The translations under genes and the position numbers were made by a program. DNA of 62,551 nucleotides, filler included. It is 11 parts of 11 records of this genome, joined end to end, with 100 filler letters (N's around TTAATTAATTAA, not from the genome) between each part and the next. Parts side by side here need not be neighbours in the genome. Positions count along the whole stretch, not along the records: positions 34,906 to 39,365 come from SRR7504441_11981; positions 39,466 to 45,586 come from SRR7504441_11982; positions 45,687 to 49,924 come from SRR7504441_11985; 8 more parts are not named here. One strand, written 5' to 3'. Shown piece after piece: positions 35,032-49,759 of the stretch. The notes under the pieces were generated by a model. It was not told the origin of the DNA and searched no databases. It worked only from the letters and a program-made list of their open reading frames with translations. Every line of letters starts with the position of its first letter. The stretch's first letter is position 1.

Positions 35032-38000
35032 TTATGAGGAGAACCTAAAGTTTCTGATTGAGTGTGCTCCTATTTGCATCTGTCGATGGCGGCGGATTAA
35101 CTTCTTCTTTGCTTGATCCAATGCGTGACTACCGATTAAGATGTCAAAGCGGTCCGCCTTTAAACCCCCCATCCCCGCAATGCGCTTGAAAAGCACCTGA
35201 ATATCAGCCCTCAGCACTAAACTTGGTGTCATTCACTACCACTACTCGAGCGCACAGGAGAGCTTTGCGCCACAGCCAAGAAGCATTGAATACTCTTGGG
35301 CTGCCGAACGTGTATAGTTTCATTTTGACCTGATGAGCAGAAATCATGAGGCACCAGCGGGGTGAGAACTCGCCTGATTCATGAGTTCAGAGTCTGACTG
35401 CATTCGGAGATGTGCAGCACAAAGCGTGGCCAAAGCTCCACCGAGTGAGTGCCCGACTAGGACCACCTGATGCCGGTCAACGTGATCAATACGCTTAAGG
35501 ATGCCTCAAGAGCTGTGTCTCTGCCATTATTTTGTACGCATTTTTCGAGGGCAGCGGTGACTCGCTCCTTGAGCTCTTCGAAAGCTTGAGCAAAGCCCCT
35601 GTGGGTATAGCATTCTTTGTCCTGGAACCCTTTTGAGCGAAGCTTTTCAAGTGTCTTCTCAGAAAGGTGAAAGGGCACCTGACCAGAGAGCTCTCAGTCC
35701 GTCACGAGGGTCAGGAGGCTGGACCTGGACAGAATCAAGGTCGGTAGCTACATTCGTCATGGAAGCTGTTCCTCGAAATGCGATGAACACACGCTCGATT
35801 TGATCGGGATTCCCAGCAACGGTCTGTTTGAGTATGGTAGCATGTGAATCGGATGATCTCTCATCATCCTCGTCTGTAATATGGATTGATTCGAGCAAGT
35901 GTGTCCGCGGTGCCCTCTGCAAGCGGCTCCTAGAGTCACGGCCATCAAATGTAGCATTCAAGCCATCAGGATCGAAGTCCTCAGAATCCAGCTGGTCGGT
36001 GTATTGTTTGTGTGTGAGCAAATCAAGATAGGCGTTCATGCAGACCGTGATAGATAACCTACAGCCACAAGTTAGCTCGGTCACGGATTAGTTACCTTGC
36101 AAGGACAATGTCAAAGAGCACGGCCTCCGAGCATCTCTCTTTAATGCTGATCGAGTCGTCGAGCAAAGTTTGACTTTTGTAGTCGATGGTGCTCGCTGGA
36201 TCTCTGTTTCTGAATCTGAAGATGCTATGTCTCTGAGCTGCATGTGAACTGAAGGTTGAATACGGGAGTGTCTTGATTGTGATGAGCCCACTCATACGTG
36301 CTTGGGTCGGTGCGAGAGTGAACAATAGGGTGATCGCATACAGAAAATACATCACAAGTCGCTGCAGCGTGAATGTTGTATCCCAACCTAGACCTGTGCT
36401 GCCACTCAAGACGAAGCCGAAATCCACTTCTTGCTGCCAAGCAAAGATCAGCGTTGCAACAGCAAAAGATGTGCAAGGGCAAGTCTTGGGGTGCGCCCCA
36501 CCTTGTAAATTGAGGTGACGCCCTCGGCAAGGACAAGTATGATGTTGGAAACCACAGTGTAGAGGAGAAAGACCGTTGTGGTCAGAAAGGACCATCGGAA
36601 ACTCACCTAAATCACAGGTTAGTTCTTTTGCGATGCCAAGCCTTGACCTGCATCTGCCGCTCACAGTTGTAGTCTACCTGTTTGTCCACGAAGCGAGCGG
36701 ACACAAGAGCCGTGCGGAAGTACTCGACGATCCAAAGAAGTGCCAAACACGTCCCAGCGCCAGTGCCCACGACGTGGAGAGAGATTGAGTCTGGTGAGGC
36801 CCAGTATGTTGGGTCGTTGTACGAGGAGTCGACCCCTATGACGTACACTGAAACTTTGCTGCCAATCTGCAGTTGAATCGATTAGTCACCAAGAAATTCG
36901 AGGAGCGTACATTGAGCAGTGCCAGGAACCTTCGCACGTAAAGTGTGCCTGACATGAAGATATAACTAGATGTGCCTGACGTGTCTGAGATTTGGCCGTT
37001 GGAATAATCCACAAGAGCGCAACCAGAATATCTTAGTCCCACCTGCCGTGGTGTGAGGTCAGATGGCGATTCCAGTTCACTGACCTCAGCACAGATGTTT
37101 AGTATGGAAAGGATCATCGCCGCCACTGGCATGCTTTGAGACTCGAATGGATCGTCGTACACTTTCGCCACCAGTACTATGAACTCAGTGATTCCAAGGA
37201 CGCAGAAAAAAAATACAATTCGCAGAAGGTTGGCCTGCAATCACACAGTTGTCAACTCGTGTTTAAGAGAGAGCTGTAGCATACTTCCTCGTGATTGAAG
37301 AGGCTGTGCGCCCCGTGAACAGCTTCACCGTGCTGTCCTCGTGAAACCACTCCGCACTATACGTATACACCTCCACGTACACCTCGCGCACCCTGAAGGC
37401 AGTGAGCCGGCATCGTGGTGGCTGTGAGACACACCTATAGCGGGACGACAACGGACAACCAGTGTCCGGGGTCCCTGGGCACGAATACGTACAAACCATC
37501 CATGACGAGTGGTCCAGAGAACCTGATGGTATGAAGTCCATTGTGGCCCAATATTGGTTTTCAATCTTTTGCACTTGGTCCGACGACAGCACTGTTATAA
37601 CAACCCCGTCCTGTCCGAGGTACCCACCAGCCCATGTCTGCCCAAAGCCCCTTCAGTCCAGCCACCGCGCTGGATCGGGCTATAGTCACCAGCCCTGCAA
37701 ACACCACAGCTGCTAGAGCAAGACCCAGCCAGCAAGCCTCGATCCACTGCAAGACACCGTCCGACCTACCGACCCTTGTCAGACCAGCCGTTAGCCAGCA
37801 GCACAGCTGAAACAGCCGAATCGATGAAGTCCCCCGGAGTATCTGCGCCCTGTCCGTTTCCGTTGCCACACCGGCTACGCCCGCTGTTGCACCGCAGGCT
37901 GGGGAAGTTCTGCAGCTTTTGATTCCGGTACTCTCGCCTGCTGCCCTCCTCCTGCATCGTTGCACTGCCCTTCATTAGGTCTGGTAGCTCTTGTTTGTCC

Positions 38001-38275
38001 TGCAGCAGCTCACCAGCCTCCAGCTTGGTCTCGGCCTCGTTGTCCGGCTGCTCCTCCAGCTTGCTCATGGTCACCCTCTCGATCAGCACCGGCTGGGCTG
38101 TTGGCGCCATCGTCGCCTTCTTCTCAGCCTCCTCCGGCTCCGTGGTCGGCAGAGCAGCATCGGTTGCCAACAGAGGGTTCCGCCTCACCACAGTATCGCT
38201 CAGAGGCTGCCCTGCTGTCTGGGTGCCAGCGATCGGCTCGAGCCGGCCGCTGGCCGGCACCACTCGCGATGACAT
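35032..38275 (-). CDS. Multi-pass membrane protein with a C-terminal class-3 lipase domain (multi-exon)
   Basis: VFIAFRGT, HRGFAQAF, spliced VVLVGHSLGGALA (GxSxG), YTFGSPRV and SHALD; several upstream hydrophobic helices. The last exon junctions are uncertain. Confidence 0.78.
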
Positions 38276-38399
38276 CTCTCCCGCGCACTCCTGTCCCTTT
38301 TCGGCGCTGTCTGTCCGTTGGCCGTTGCCGTTAGGTCAAAGAATCTCTGCTGGTGCAAACGAGGCCCTCGTGCGGCGAAGAACGAGGGCCTTAACCCGC

Positions 38400-39172
38400 A
38401 TGCAGAACGCCTCGGATCTGGAGAGTAGGATGATGGCGGCGGCGAACGGCAGCGGCCAGCAGGCCGCCAAGAAGCCACGCAACCGGCAGCGCAACAACAA
38501 GAAGCACCGCCGGCCCTCCGGGTCGGCGGGGGAAGACAGCGGAGCTGGCGGCTGGCAACCCCCGGCCCCGGCTCCCAAGGAGCGGCGGAACGAGGGCAAG
38601 GGCGGCGGCAAGGCCGGCCGGCCGGCTCCGTCGGGCGGTCCGGCCCCGATCCGGCAGCCGGCACCGGTCCCTTCGGGGAAGAAGACCTCGCAGATGACCG
38701 AGGAGAGGTTCGACGGGCTTCCTCTGCACCCGCACACGCTCCGGGCGCTGGCCGAGGTCCTGCAGTACCAGACGATGACCAAGGTGCAGGCCATGTCCAT
38801 CCCGGTCGCGCTCGGGCCGGCCGACGTGATGGCCAAGGCCAAGACCGGCACCGGGAAGACGTTGGCCTTCTGCATCCCTGCCCTCGAGAAGCTGTCTGCC
38901 GCCGGGGGGCTGCCCGGCCGGATCAGCATCCTAGCGATCTCGCCCACCCGCGAGCTCGCCAGCCAGATCCACGACGAAGCTGTGCTGCTCTGCAGGTTTC
39001 ATCAGTTCCGACTGCAGGTGATGCGTGGCGCAGCGCTGGGCCGAACGGTCGGGCAGGTGGTTGTGGGAGGTACCAACGTCAAGTCCGACGTCCAGAAGCT
39101 GCAACGGTCGCCGCATATGCTGATCGGGACCCCAGGCCGGCTGAATGATCTGCTGGAGAACTACCGCCTGCA
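38400..39172 (+). CDS. DEAD-box RNA helicase (Mss116/RH31-like), 5' part only
   Basis: Q motif F..L.L...MTKVQ, AKTGTGKTLAF, SPTRELASQI, VVGG, TPGRL. It runs into a long intron before the DEAD motif and the contig ends. Confidence 0.88.
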
Positions 39173-39207
39173 GGTGTCCTCATCCCCCGTGCATTATTAT
39201 AGTGTCG

Positions 39208-39307
39208 AGCCGGCCCCGTGATGATATCGGAAAACACTCAAACGCTGCGAGCCTCGTATGAGCAGCCGCAAGGCTGGATGCTTTTGACGTTTTTCCTGAG
39301 GGTGGCT
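39208..39307 (+). ncRNA. Candidate intronic box C/D snoRNA
   Basis: C box GTGATGA at 39218-39224, D box CTGA at 39296-39299, an 8-bp terminal stem with one bulge, and an internal CAGCC-GCAA-GGCTG hairpin. It lies in an unusually long intron (>190 nt) of the helicase. Confidence 0.62.
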
Positions 39308-39465
39308 AGTAGCCGATACGTGTCCACATAGCGGCGGGGCGTATCAGCACGCTGACAAACGGGCCNNNNNNNNNNNNNNNNNNNNNNNNNNNNNNNNNNN
39401 NNNNNNNNNTTAATTAATTAANNNNNNNNNNNNNNNNNNNNNNNNNNNNNNNNNNNNNNNNNNNN

Positions 39466-41997
<2,532 letters not shown>

Positions 41998-42022
41998 TGC
42001 AGCGACCGGCCTCCGATCTCGG

Positions 42023-43146
42023 ATGGGCTGCACCGGGGCCAAGGGGGCGCGCGGGCTTGGGACGGCGGCTGCCAATGGCGACGTGTGCGGGGTGCGGGCG
42101 CAGCTGGAGACGCCCGGTTTCGAAGATCGCCCGGGGAATAAAGAAGGTGCACCGCTTCTGCAGCCGCAGCTGACTGTTGCGCAGAACTCAACACGGCGCT
42201 TCTGCGGGCGGTGGACAACAACCAGCTCCCAGTGGTCCAGCTGCTGGTGCACAAGTTCGGTGTGCCGCGCTCCTGCCGCGCCCGGTCAGCCCGGCTAGGT
42301 GCACACATCGTTAACAAGAACAGCCGCCGGCCCGACCTTGGGGCGCACAATGCGATCACGATGGCCGCCGCGTCGCCGCACGTCACGGAGCCGCTGCTCC
42401 AGTACTTGCTGCGAGACTGCGGCGGCGACGCCAGCGCCTACGAGCCTGTCAACCGGCGGAGCGCGTTACACCTGGCGTGTGTGCCGGAGCTTACAGTGAG
42501 TTTCTGGCCAGCCCGCGGGCAGCCGGAGGGCAGCCTTTCAAAGTTCGACTGCTGGCAGCATTCGGCGCGGATAAAGAGGCCAAAGATAAGGCTCGCAACC
42601 AGCTGAGGCGGTGCCTGAGGGGCCGGGCAGGACGGTCGGACTGCACTGGAGGCGATAAAGGAGTTTTATGCGGTGAGGATAGATCTGGACCCTCGGGCAC
42701 AGCAACGGCAGCGGCAGAAGCTCGAGCAAATGGTCGACCAGTACCACGCTGCAATCCACGCCTCGCCGGAGGCCACCGAGGCGGTGTTCCTAGACGCAGT
42801 GCAGCCGCAGCTGACGGCATTTGAGGAAGCGCACGGGCACGCCGCGCCGTCGGGCTGCTCCGTGGAATGCGGCCTGTGTGGGACGCCGTTCAGTCCCCGA
42901 TCGCGGGATGGGAAGATGGTGCACAAGCTGTGTGTAGGCCACGGGGGCACTGGGTTTCGAGCGCTCCGGGCCCAGTTTGTGAGAGAGTTTCTGCATGAGC
43001 CTTCGGGAGAGATCACGTCGGTGGTGTGTGAGCAGATGCGCCGGCAACCGAATTTGGATGCATGGGCCGAATTCCATCAGCGTAATGCAACGCTTAGGAT
43101 GATTTGTGAAACCTGCGTGAAGTATGCCGTAGATGAAGCAACTTGA
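42023..43146 (+). CDS. Ankyrin-repeat protein with an MGC N-terminus and a C-terminal CxxC...CxxC (HNH-like) domain
   Basis: Spliced repeats TAAANGD, TALLRAVDNNQLPVVQLLV, RRSALHLAC; C-terminal CGLCG...VGH...WAEFHQRNATLRMICETC. Confidence 0.65.
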
Positions 43147-43594
43147 TTGAAAATCCGAGAAATGTGATCGCTCTACGTATACTCGAATGCCGGCAGATAG
43201 ATTACACATACATGTACAGCAACCACAAGGCTGGTTTCGAGCTAGTCTTGCGCGGCATTAGGGTCACACGTAAGGAATTTCTGAGGAATTGTCGCAATTA
43301 TTCCGGCGTTATTCAATCATTCTATTTTGCCCAAAATCCCTTTCTCGAACAACATGGTCTCCATGCATAAGCATTTGTTCTCGACGAATGGTATTTAATC
43401 TAAATATTCGGTATGATTCATGTACGAGTATGCATTCTGCGTCATCATAGTATTGCCGCCGTTGAGTACGTAGCTCTATACACTTTGTCCAAAGCCTAAA
43501 CATTGTATTTGCCTCTTGTTTGATCCTCCAGGGCAAGGGTAATAAGATCCGTCTTCGAGGAATCGGGACCCTTGTTCGTTGCCAGGCATCTGCT

Positions 43595-44601
43595 CTATGG
43601 CGTCGACACGGACCCGCGCAGCGACTCTCCGGTTGTAGGATCGTAGCCCTTAGCCACGCTGTCAGCCTGGCCAGTCTTGACCTGAAGCACCGGTCAGCGA
43701 TTTGATCAGGGCACCGGGGCGCCTCGAAGTCGTTCAGCTGGTACTTGCTCATGTCCACGTCTTCCACCCTACCGAGGTGCTTGAACATGAACCGCTCGCC
43801 CTGACCGGCCCAACTCAACAACCGGCAGCTAATCGGGCTACCGATGGGCCGACCAGAGGCAGCCAGCCGTGCCCGGAGGTGCAGCGGATGAAGATAGCCT
43901 TGGGTCCTTGGCAGATGGCATCGGCCACCACGACCATTGGAGCGTGCGGGCCCTTGCCATCCTTGATCTGTGACCCCTTCAGCCACCGCCAGCCCGCGAG
44001 CGCGCCTTCTTGGTGAAGTCCGGCACCTCCCTGTAGCCCACGCCGGGGGAGGCCTGGATGCACTGGAACACCCGGGTCCCGAACTCGTATCCTTGCGGGA
44101 TCAACAGTTCTGGCATCACCAGCTGGGCGCACCGACGGAGCCTGCCGCCTGATGAGCCAAGCCCCGCCGGCCGGCCGACCGGTTGTTCTCTTCGCCCAGC
44201 ATCCCGTTCTCCTGCCGCAAGGCCTTGAGCTCGGCCTCCAGCCTGGCCCCGGCCTCCAGCTCGCCCTGGGGCCTCCCGCACCGGAAGTTCTCCTCCCTCA
44301 GCTGCAGCTCCCGGCGGTGGTCGTACGAGAACTCTCCGTACGACGGGTGCGAAGGCTCCTTGCCGTAGTTGTACGCCTCAGCTGCCGCAAACCGGCCGGA
44401 GCCCGAAAGGTACGGGTGGACCGGTACGCCGCCGGCGCCCATGTGGACTGGGGTCGACCATGCCGGGGTTTCGCGGGGGTACTCTCCGAAGGAGCGGAGC
44501 GGCGGGTGGTGCACGCGGTTGCCGCCGTGGTGGTACCAGTCCGGCGGGAGTTGGTTGGAGAAGTTCTCCTCGGGTTTAGTGGAGTTGTCAGCTTCAGCCA
44601 T
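43595..44601 (-). CDS. Uncharacterised protein: coiled-coil plus the ~90-aa domain shared with 32837-34592
   Basis: Spliced FGTRVFQCIQASPGVGYREVPDFTKK|IKDGKGPHAPMVVVADAICQGPKAIFIRCTSGHGWLPLVGPS|GERFMFKHLG. The 3' end is approximate. Confidence 0.68.
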
Positions 44602-44769
44602 GTCGTCGGAGGGTAATCTCTCTCGGCGCGGACGGTTGCATAACGTCTTTTTCCGTTATCGCCCCTAGCCACCCAGCAGCTCCTCGCCGGCCAGCACCCC
44701 GGTACCCTCCTCGGCCAGGTGGTCGAACTCGCGCCGCGCCCGGCCCAGCAGTCCCACACTGCGACAGGG

Positions 44770-45586
44770 ATGTGCGGCCGGCTGGCGTGCGCCGGGTCGG
44801 CCGACTCGCTGATCGCCCAGACCAAGGCCCGGGAGTTCGTGCACCGGGAGGCTTACAAGCCCACACACAATTGCGGCCCGGGCAAGGCCACCCCAGTGCT
44901 GCTGAACGGCCCGGCCGAGCGCCGGCTGGAGACAATGCGCTGGGGGCTCCGGGCCAAGCAGGACCCGGCCCAGCTGCGGGTGAATGCCCGATCCGAGACA
45001 GCCGGGCAGGTGTACCGCAAGGCAGTCGGGCAGCGCTGCGTGGTGCTCAGCGACGGGTTCTTCGAATGGGTGGCCGACGGCGACAAGAAGCGGCCCTGGT
45101 TCGTCACCGCTGTGGACGGTGGACTGCTCCGGTTTGCTGCGATCTACGAGCCGGGCGAGGAGGGCGGGTTGCGGCGGTACAGCATTCTGACCACGAGTGC
45201 GTCCGAAGAGCTCGGCTGGCTGCACCACCGGATGCCGTGCGTGGTCCCCCCGACCGACTTGGATCAGTGGCTCGACCAGTCGGTGCCGTTCGCGGCAGTG
45301 GCTGCTCTGCTGAAGCCATGCAAGCCGGGGGTGCTCAAGTGGTACGAGGTGGGCACTCTGGTTAATTCAATCCGGAACGACTCGCCGGATTGCTTACTCG
45401 CCAGGAAAGAGGCTGAGGCCAAGAGCAAAGCTAACGGCATCATGCGCTTTTTCAGCTCAAAGCCAGCTGAGCCCGATCCTAAGCCGGAATCAGCTGAACT
45501 AGCCAATGCTACTACTGTGGCTGTAGCTGAAGTGCCTCAAACTAGTAAATTGCCAACAAAGCCCCCGAGTGAAGAAGCCGAAGCAG
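44770..45586 (+). CDS. HMCES: SRAP-domain abasic-site processing protein (HMCES/YedK), 3' truncated
   Basis: N-terminal MCGR (catalytic Cys2), MRWGL, NARSET, RCVVLSDGFFEW, HHRMP. Confidence 0.92.
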
Positions 45587-45686
45587 NNNNNNNNNNNNNN
45601 NNNNNNNNNNNNNNNNNNNNNNNNNNNNNNTTAATTAATTAANNNNNNNNNNNNNNNNNNNNNNNNNNNNNNNNNNNNNNNNNNNN

Positions 45687-48600
45687 GGCTATTTCACAGA
45701 GCAACCCGGCGCTCCGAAGGACGAGCACGCAGCCAGTGGACATCGAAGGTTCCGCTGCTTCCAAGCTGATCGAGACTAGTGTGGTGTTTGCTTCTTACGA
45801 GGAGGGGTCCAAAGTGACCAGATACGCTCCGCTCGAGATTGTTGTGTCCACGAATGACCCCGAAGAGTATGATGTGCAGCGGCCGGATGCGATGAACGTC
45901 GACGTGAGGGTGTCGGACGGTGGTGACCTTGGCGTGAATCTGGACGGGACTTTGGTCAAGACAGCGGAGTCGCTGATGGAGTATCACTTGCAGCTGGTGA
46001 TGCTGAACGACATGATCGACAAGGACGCCGACATCATGCTTGAAATGGCCAAACTCGGGCTCAAAGGGTATATCCTGTTCATTTCGGGCAACATTCCGCT
46101 ACCGATCATGAACACAAGGGTACCCGCCCGGGTGGATGGCGGTGCTGAGCGGGTGTGGTGCAGATGCCGTTCAGCATCATTGTCAAGGTCACTGATTTCA
46201 TGATCAACTCCGCTCGAATGATCGTGATCGGCACTCCAAAGGAGCCTATGTACATCGTTGTCAAGAACGGCACGGTGTGTGCTCGCACAGCCGGCCATAC
46301 CGACATGTCTGCTTGGGCAGATCGGAGTGCAAATGCCAGGGATTGACGCGGAGATCCCGGACCGCAGTCTGAAGAGCACGATGATCGGGCGCAAGATCAA
46401 CTACGTCGATGAAACAGGCGCCCGAGTGACCAGAGGCGCTAATGGTGCGCTCAGTAACCCCGACGGCGAGCGAGAGCGATTCCTCGAAATGTCGGATTTC
46501 GACTCGTCTGTCAGAGGAGCGGAAGAGGACAATGACGTGGCAATTCAGGTCTCTATTCCTTATTTCACAAATGAAAAGATTCTCTTTGAGCTCCGTCCGA
46601 ACTTGGCCCTCACGATTCCGAGCATCGTGGTCTCTGGCAAGCAGTTTTCAACAGGCAACCAGACGTTCGCTCTGATCAACAACGTCGAAGTGCTCCAAAT
46701 CCAAGCCGGGGCGGTTGCAGCCACTCCACTCAAGAATCTGCAAGCGCTCCAAGCAGGCCAAGGAGCCTCGACAGTCTTGACAGCGTCGGTCGGTCAGATA
46801 CAAGTGGCTAGCCCTGTGAGCGCCGACCAGACCACTTTCTGGTTTAAATTCCTTCACGATTACAACTATCTCAAGCAGCACAACAGCGCGCTCGCCACAG
46901 TCAAACTCCAGTCTGACTGGCCGTTTCTAGCCGACATTGCGGTCGACAGCACCAACCTGTTCATCGAAGTGAATGTGAGTCCTTACACTGTGCAGAGTTT
47001 TGTCGAGTTCGCGTATGCGTTCAAGAATGGTATCCTGACCAAGGAGGTTCAGGCGCTGATCGACGCGGAACCTAAGGACCTGGAGGAAGTGGGCGTGCAG
47101 GAGGACGCAGATGAAGACGGGGAGGAAGCACAGGAAATCCCGTTTCCAGAGCTCCGCATTTATGGGCTCTTTTCGACACGACTTGATTTCTGTAATGTGT
47201 GGCCCACATTTGGCGCCCTGAATCGGACCGGTGTGAGCTTTGGTGTCTGCTTCTTTCACCACAAAGGTTGCCTGATCACCGCGCTGTACGTCTTCTACGT
47301 CGCTGTCTACTTCATTGCATCGCAGGACCATTTTGCGTCAATGGCGGGATTCGTCATGCTGCTCTACAACATCATTACATGCAATTATACAGATGATGAG
47401 AAAGCCGATGGGGCGCACTGCGATTCTCTCACAGACGTTTTCTTTGCGATCCCGTCTGCTATCTTCATAGTCTATATGCTGCCATGCTTGATCTGCTCAC
47501 TCACAACCGGAAGGTGGCGGCGTACCTACGGCATCCTTTCTGCCATGTGTGCGATCCTCTTCGCCAACATGACCATGGCAACAAAATACTCGTTCAGAGG
47601 CGGCTTCCAGGAGCACACATGGCCTTACAACGCGTGGCTGTTCACTTTTCTGTTCATGGCACTTCTTTGCCCTTTGTTGATCAATCACAGAATGTTTATT
47701 TTTCAGACAACCACTCGGATGCCGAGGGATCACTCTTCCAAAGTGCAACTGATGTGCTTCATGATGTACGGACTACTCGGGGTTTGCCAAATGGTTCTGG
47801 CCCTTGGTTCCCAGGATCTTCCCGACTGTAAAGAACAGAGCGCCGGAGGCGTCACAGTCACCCAAATCTGGGAGGACAGATGTGGAGGTTACTGGGTCGT
47901 CGCGTCTGCCGGCACCAAGATCGGGCTGGCTTTTGTATATTTGACATTTGACATATGCGGCAAATGCTTTGAAGACATCCTGGTGCGGAAGACCACCACC
48001 ATGAAAGAAATGATCAACAATCAGATGTTCAATCCAGATTTTAACGTCGTCGAGGTATAGCCGCCCTAGCTGCTTGTTTCTTAACTGTTGGAGTGCAGGA
48101 GCAGGCTGAGCATCAGAAATTCAAAGTGAACAGATTCCTCGGCTATTTTGTGGCTCTTTGCTTGCTTGCCGAAATCGGGCTGTGGATAACAATCAATTAC
48201 AAGACGGACCGTTGGAACACGCTCCCACGTCATGGACATCCAGGCAACAGTGACTTCTTCTACTACAAGTGCCGAATGTGTGCTGTCTCGAACATCAACT
48301 TGATGGTAGGCTACTGCATGGTCCTTTGGGTTATCGGGACCGTCCTGCTGATGCTCATGACCTGGTGTAGAGGCCCACGTCTGGCCCGCATCCTGGCCGA
48401 ACGCTATCAAGATGCCAAACCTCCGGCTATTGGCAAAGGTAACTACACCGGGCCAGCCACTCGAGAGGGCGATGCGACAATGATCGAAGGTGCGCCAGCC
48501 CAGCATGTCTGTGCACGAATAGTGGTCTTGCAGGTGTCTACTCGACAATAGGCGCCATGGGGAACAGGGACTCGAGTGGATTCCGGATCTCATCTGGCAA

Positions 48601-48820
48601 CAGAACTTCAGCCGCGCTCTCCATCCGGAATGCACTGCAGCAAGCACAAGAGGACGATGCCAAGTCTCTAAACAAGGCCAAGATGGACTCTGCTTTCATG
48701 GACTGCGTTGACTCTCCTGTGCCGTGGGGTGACGAGCCTACCGACGGTCTCTTTGTGGACAAGTTTGTATCATCAGAAAGTGGGGTGGAATTGGATGCGC
48801 GACCCCAAGATCAGCGGTGA
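45687..48820 (+). CDS. Large multi-pass membrane protein of unknown function, 5' truncated
   Basis: Four same-strand ORFs joined by GT-AG introns; a beta-rich soluble region followed by about 9-10 hydrophobic helices. Confidence 0.7.
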
Positions 48821-49254
48821 GTTGTAGCACAGCAACTCACCGAGATCTTGGTCACGGTGTGGCTAGATTTCTCGTAGAATCAATGTGACACCCATTGAAA
48901 CTATGCGACAATAGCTCACACCGTGGATGGTCTACATGTACTTGGCATGGATGGTCAATATAGGACAATCATGAGGGCAATGCTAATACAAAGTGGTCCA
49001 CAAAGAGAACGTCGGCAGGTTTGTCACCCGACTTATCTAGAAGCCTTTATGAATTGATCAATAAGGGTTCCATGGTTTAGCTTTTATTATTTAAACATAA
49101 TGATTAATAAAAAAAGTGGTTTTAGAAACTAACGTGTGCGCTTCGGGGGCCTGAGACTTGCGGATTACAACCAGTTGGCATGTTTTAGCAGTTTGGCAAT
49201 TGACAGATTATGAACAGATGTAGATGCGTGTAAGATGCGTGTTCACGAGATCAA

Positions 49255-49759
49255 TCAGATGAGTGTACGGCCGTTCTTATTTTCATTTGTCCAAATCCAT
49301 TCTTCGGTGCTGTTTTGGCCCATGTGAGGAGCATCGGCGTCTTCGCACCACTTTTTACCCAAGGCTTCGAAACGGGGTCCCCAGAGCGGAGCCTCTTCTG
49401 GGTTCACGCAAAAGACCTGACACAACCACGCTTGCCCGGGCTAGCAACGGCAAAGTTCTTCACCCAATCTTTGCCCAAGACTCCTTTCAAGTATTCATCA
49501 AAGCTGATGACGCCATCCTGGTTGCAATCAAACTGCGAGAATAATGAGTTGCACGCGCTAAGTGGCATACCTGGATCATCATCAAGTCCACCTCTTTGGC
49601 TGTCGGGGGCCGTCCAAGCTGCGAATTCAGCAGATTGGCCAGCTCGGCCTTTTCAATGTACTTATTGTTATTCCCGTCGATCCTACCGAAGTCCTCTTCG
49701 AAAACGAAGAATTGCGGAACTGTCACCCGAGCCGGCTGCCCCGGTGCAGTTGGGGCCAT
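49255..49759 (-). CDS. Small two-EF-hand calcium-binding protein
   Basis: EF loops IDGNNNKYIEKAE and FDCNQDGVISFDE after removing short GT-AG introns. Confidence 0.75.

Noticed and set aside
39190-39300. U3 snoRNA or SECIS element
   Set aside because: It lacks the U3 box A GGATC core and a clear box B/C, and no in-frame Sec UGA gene is linked. Kept only as a generic C/D candidate.
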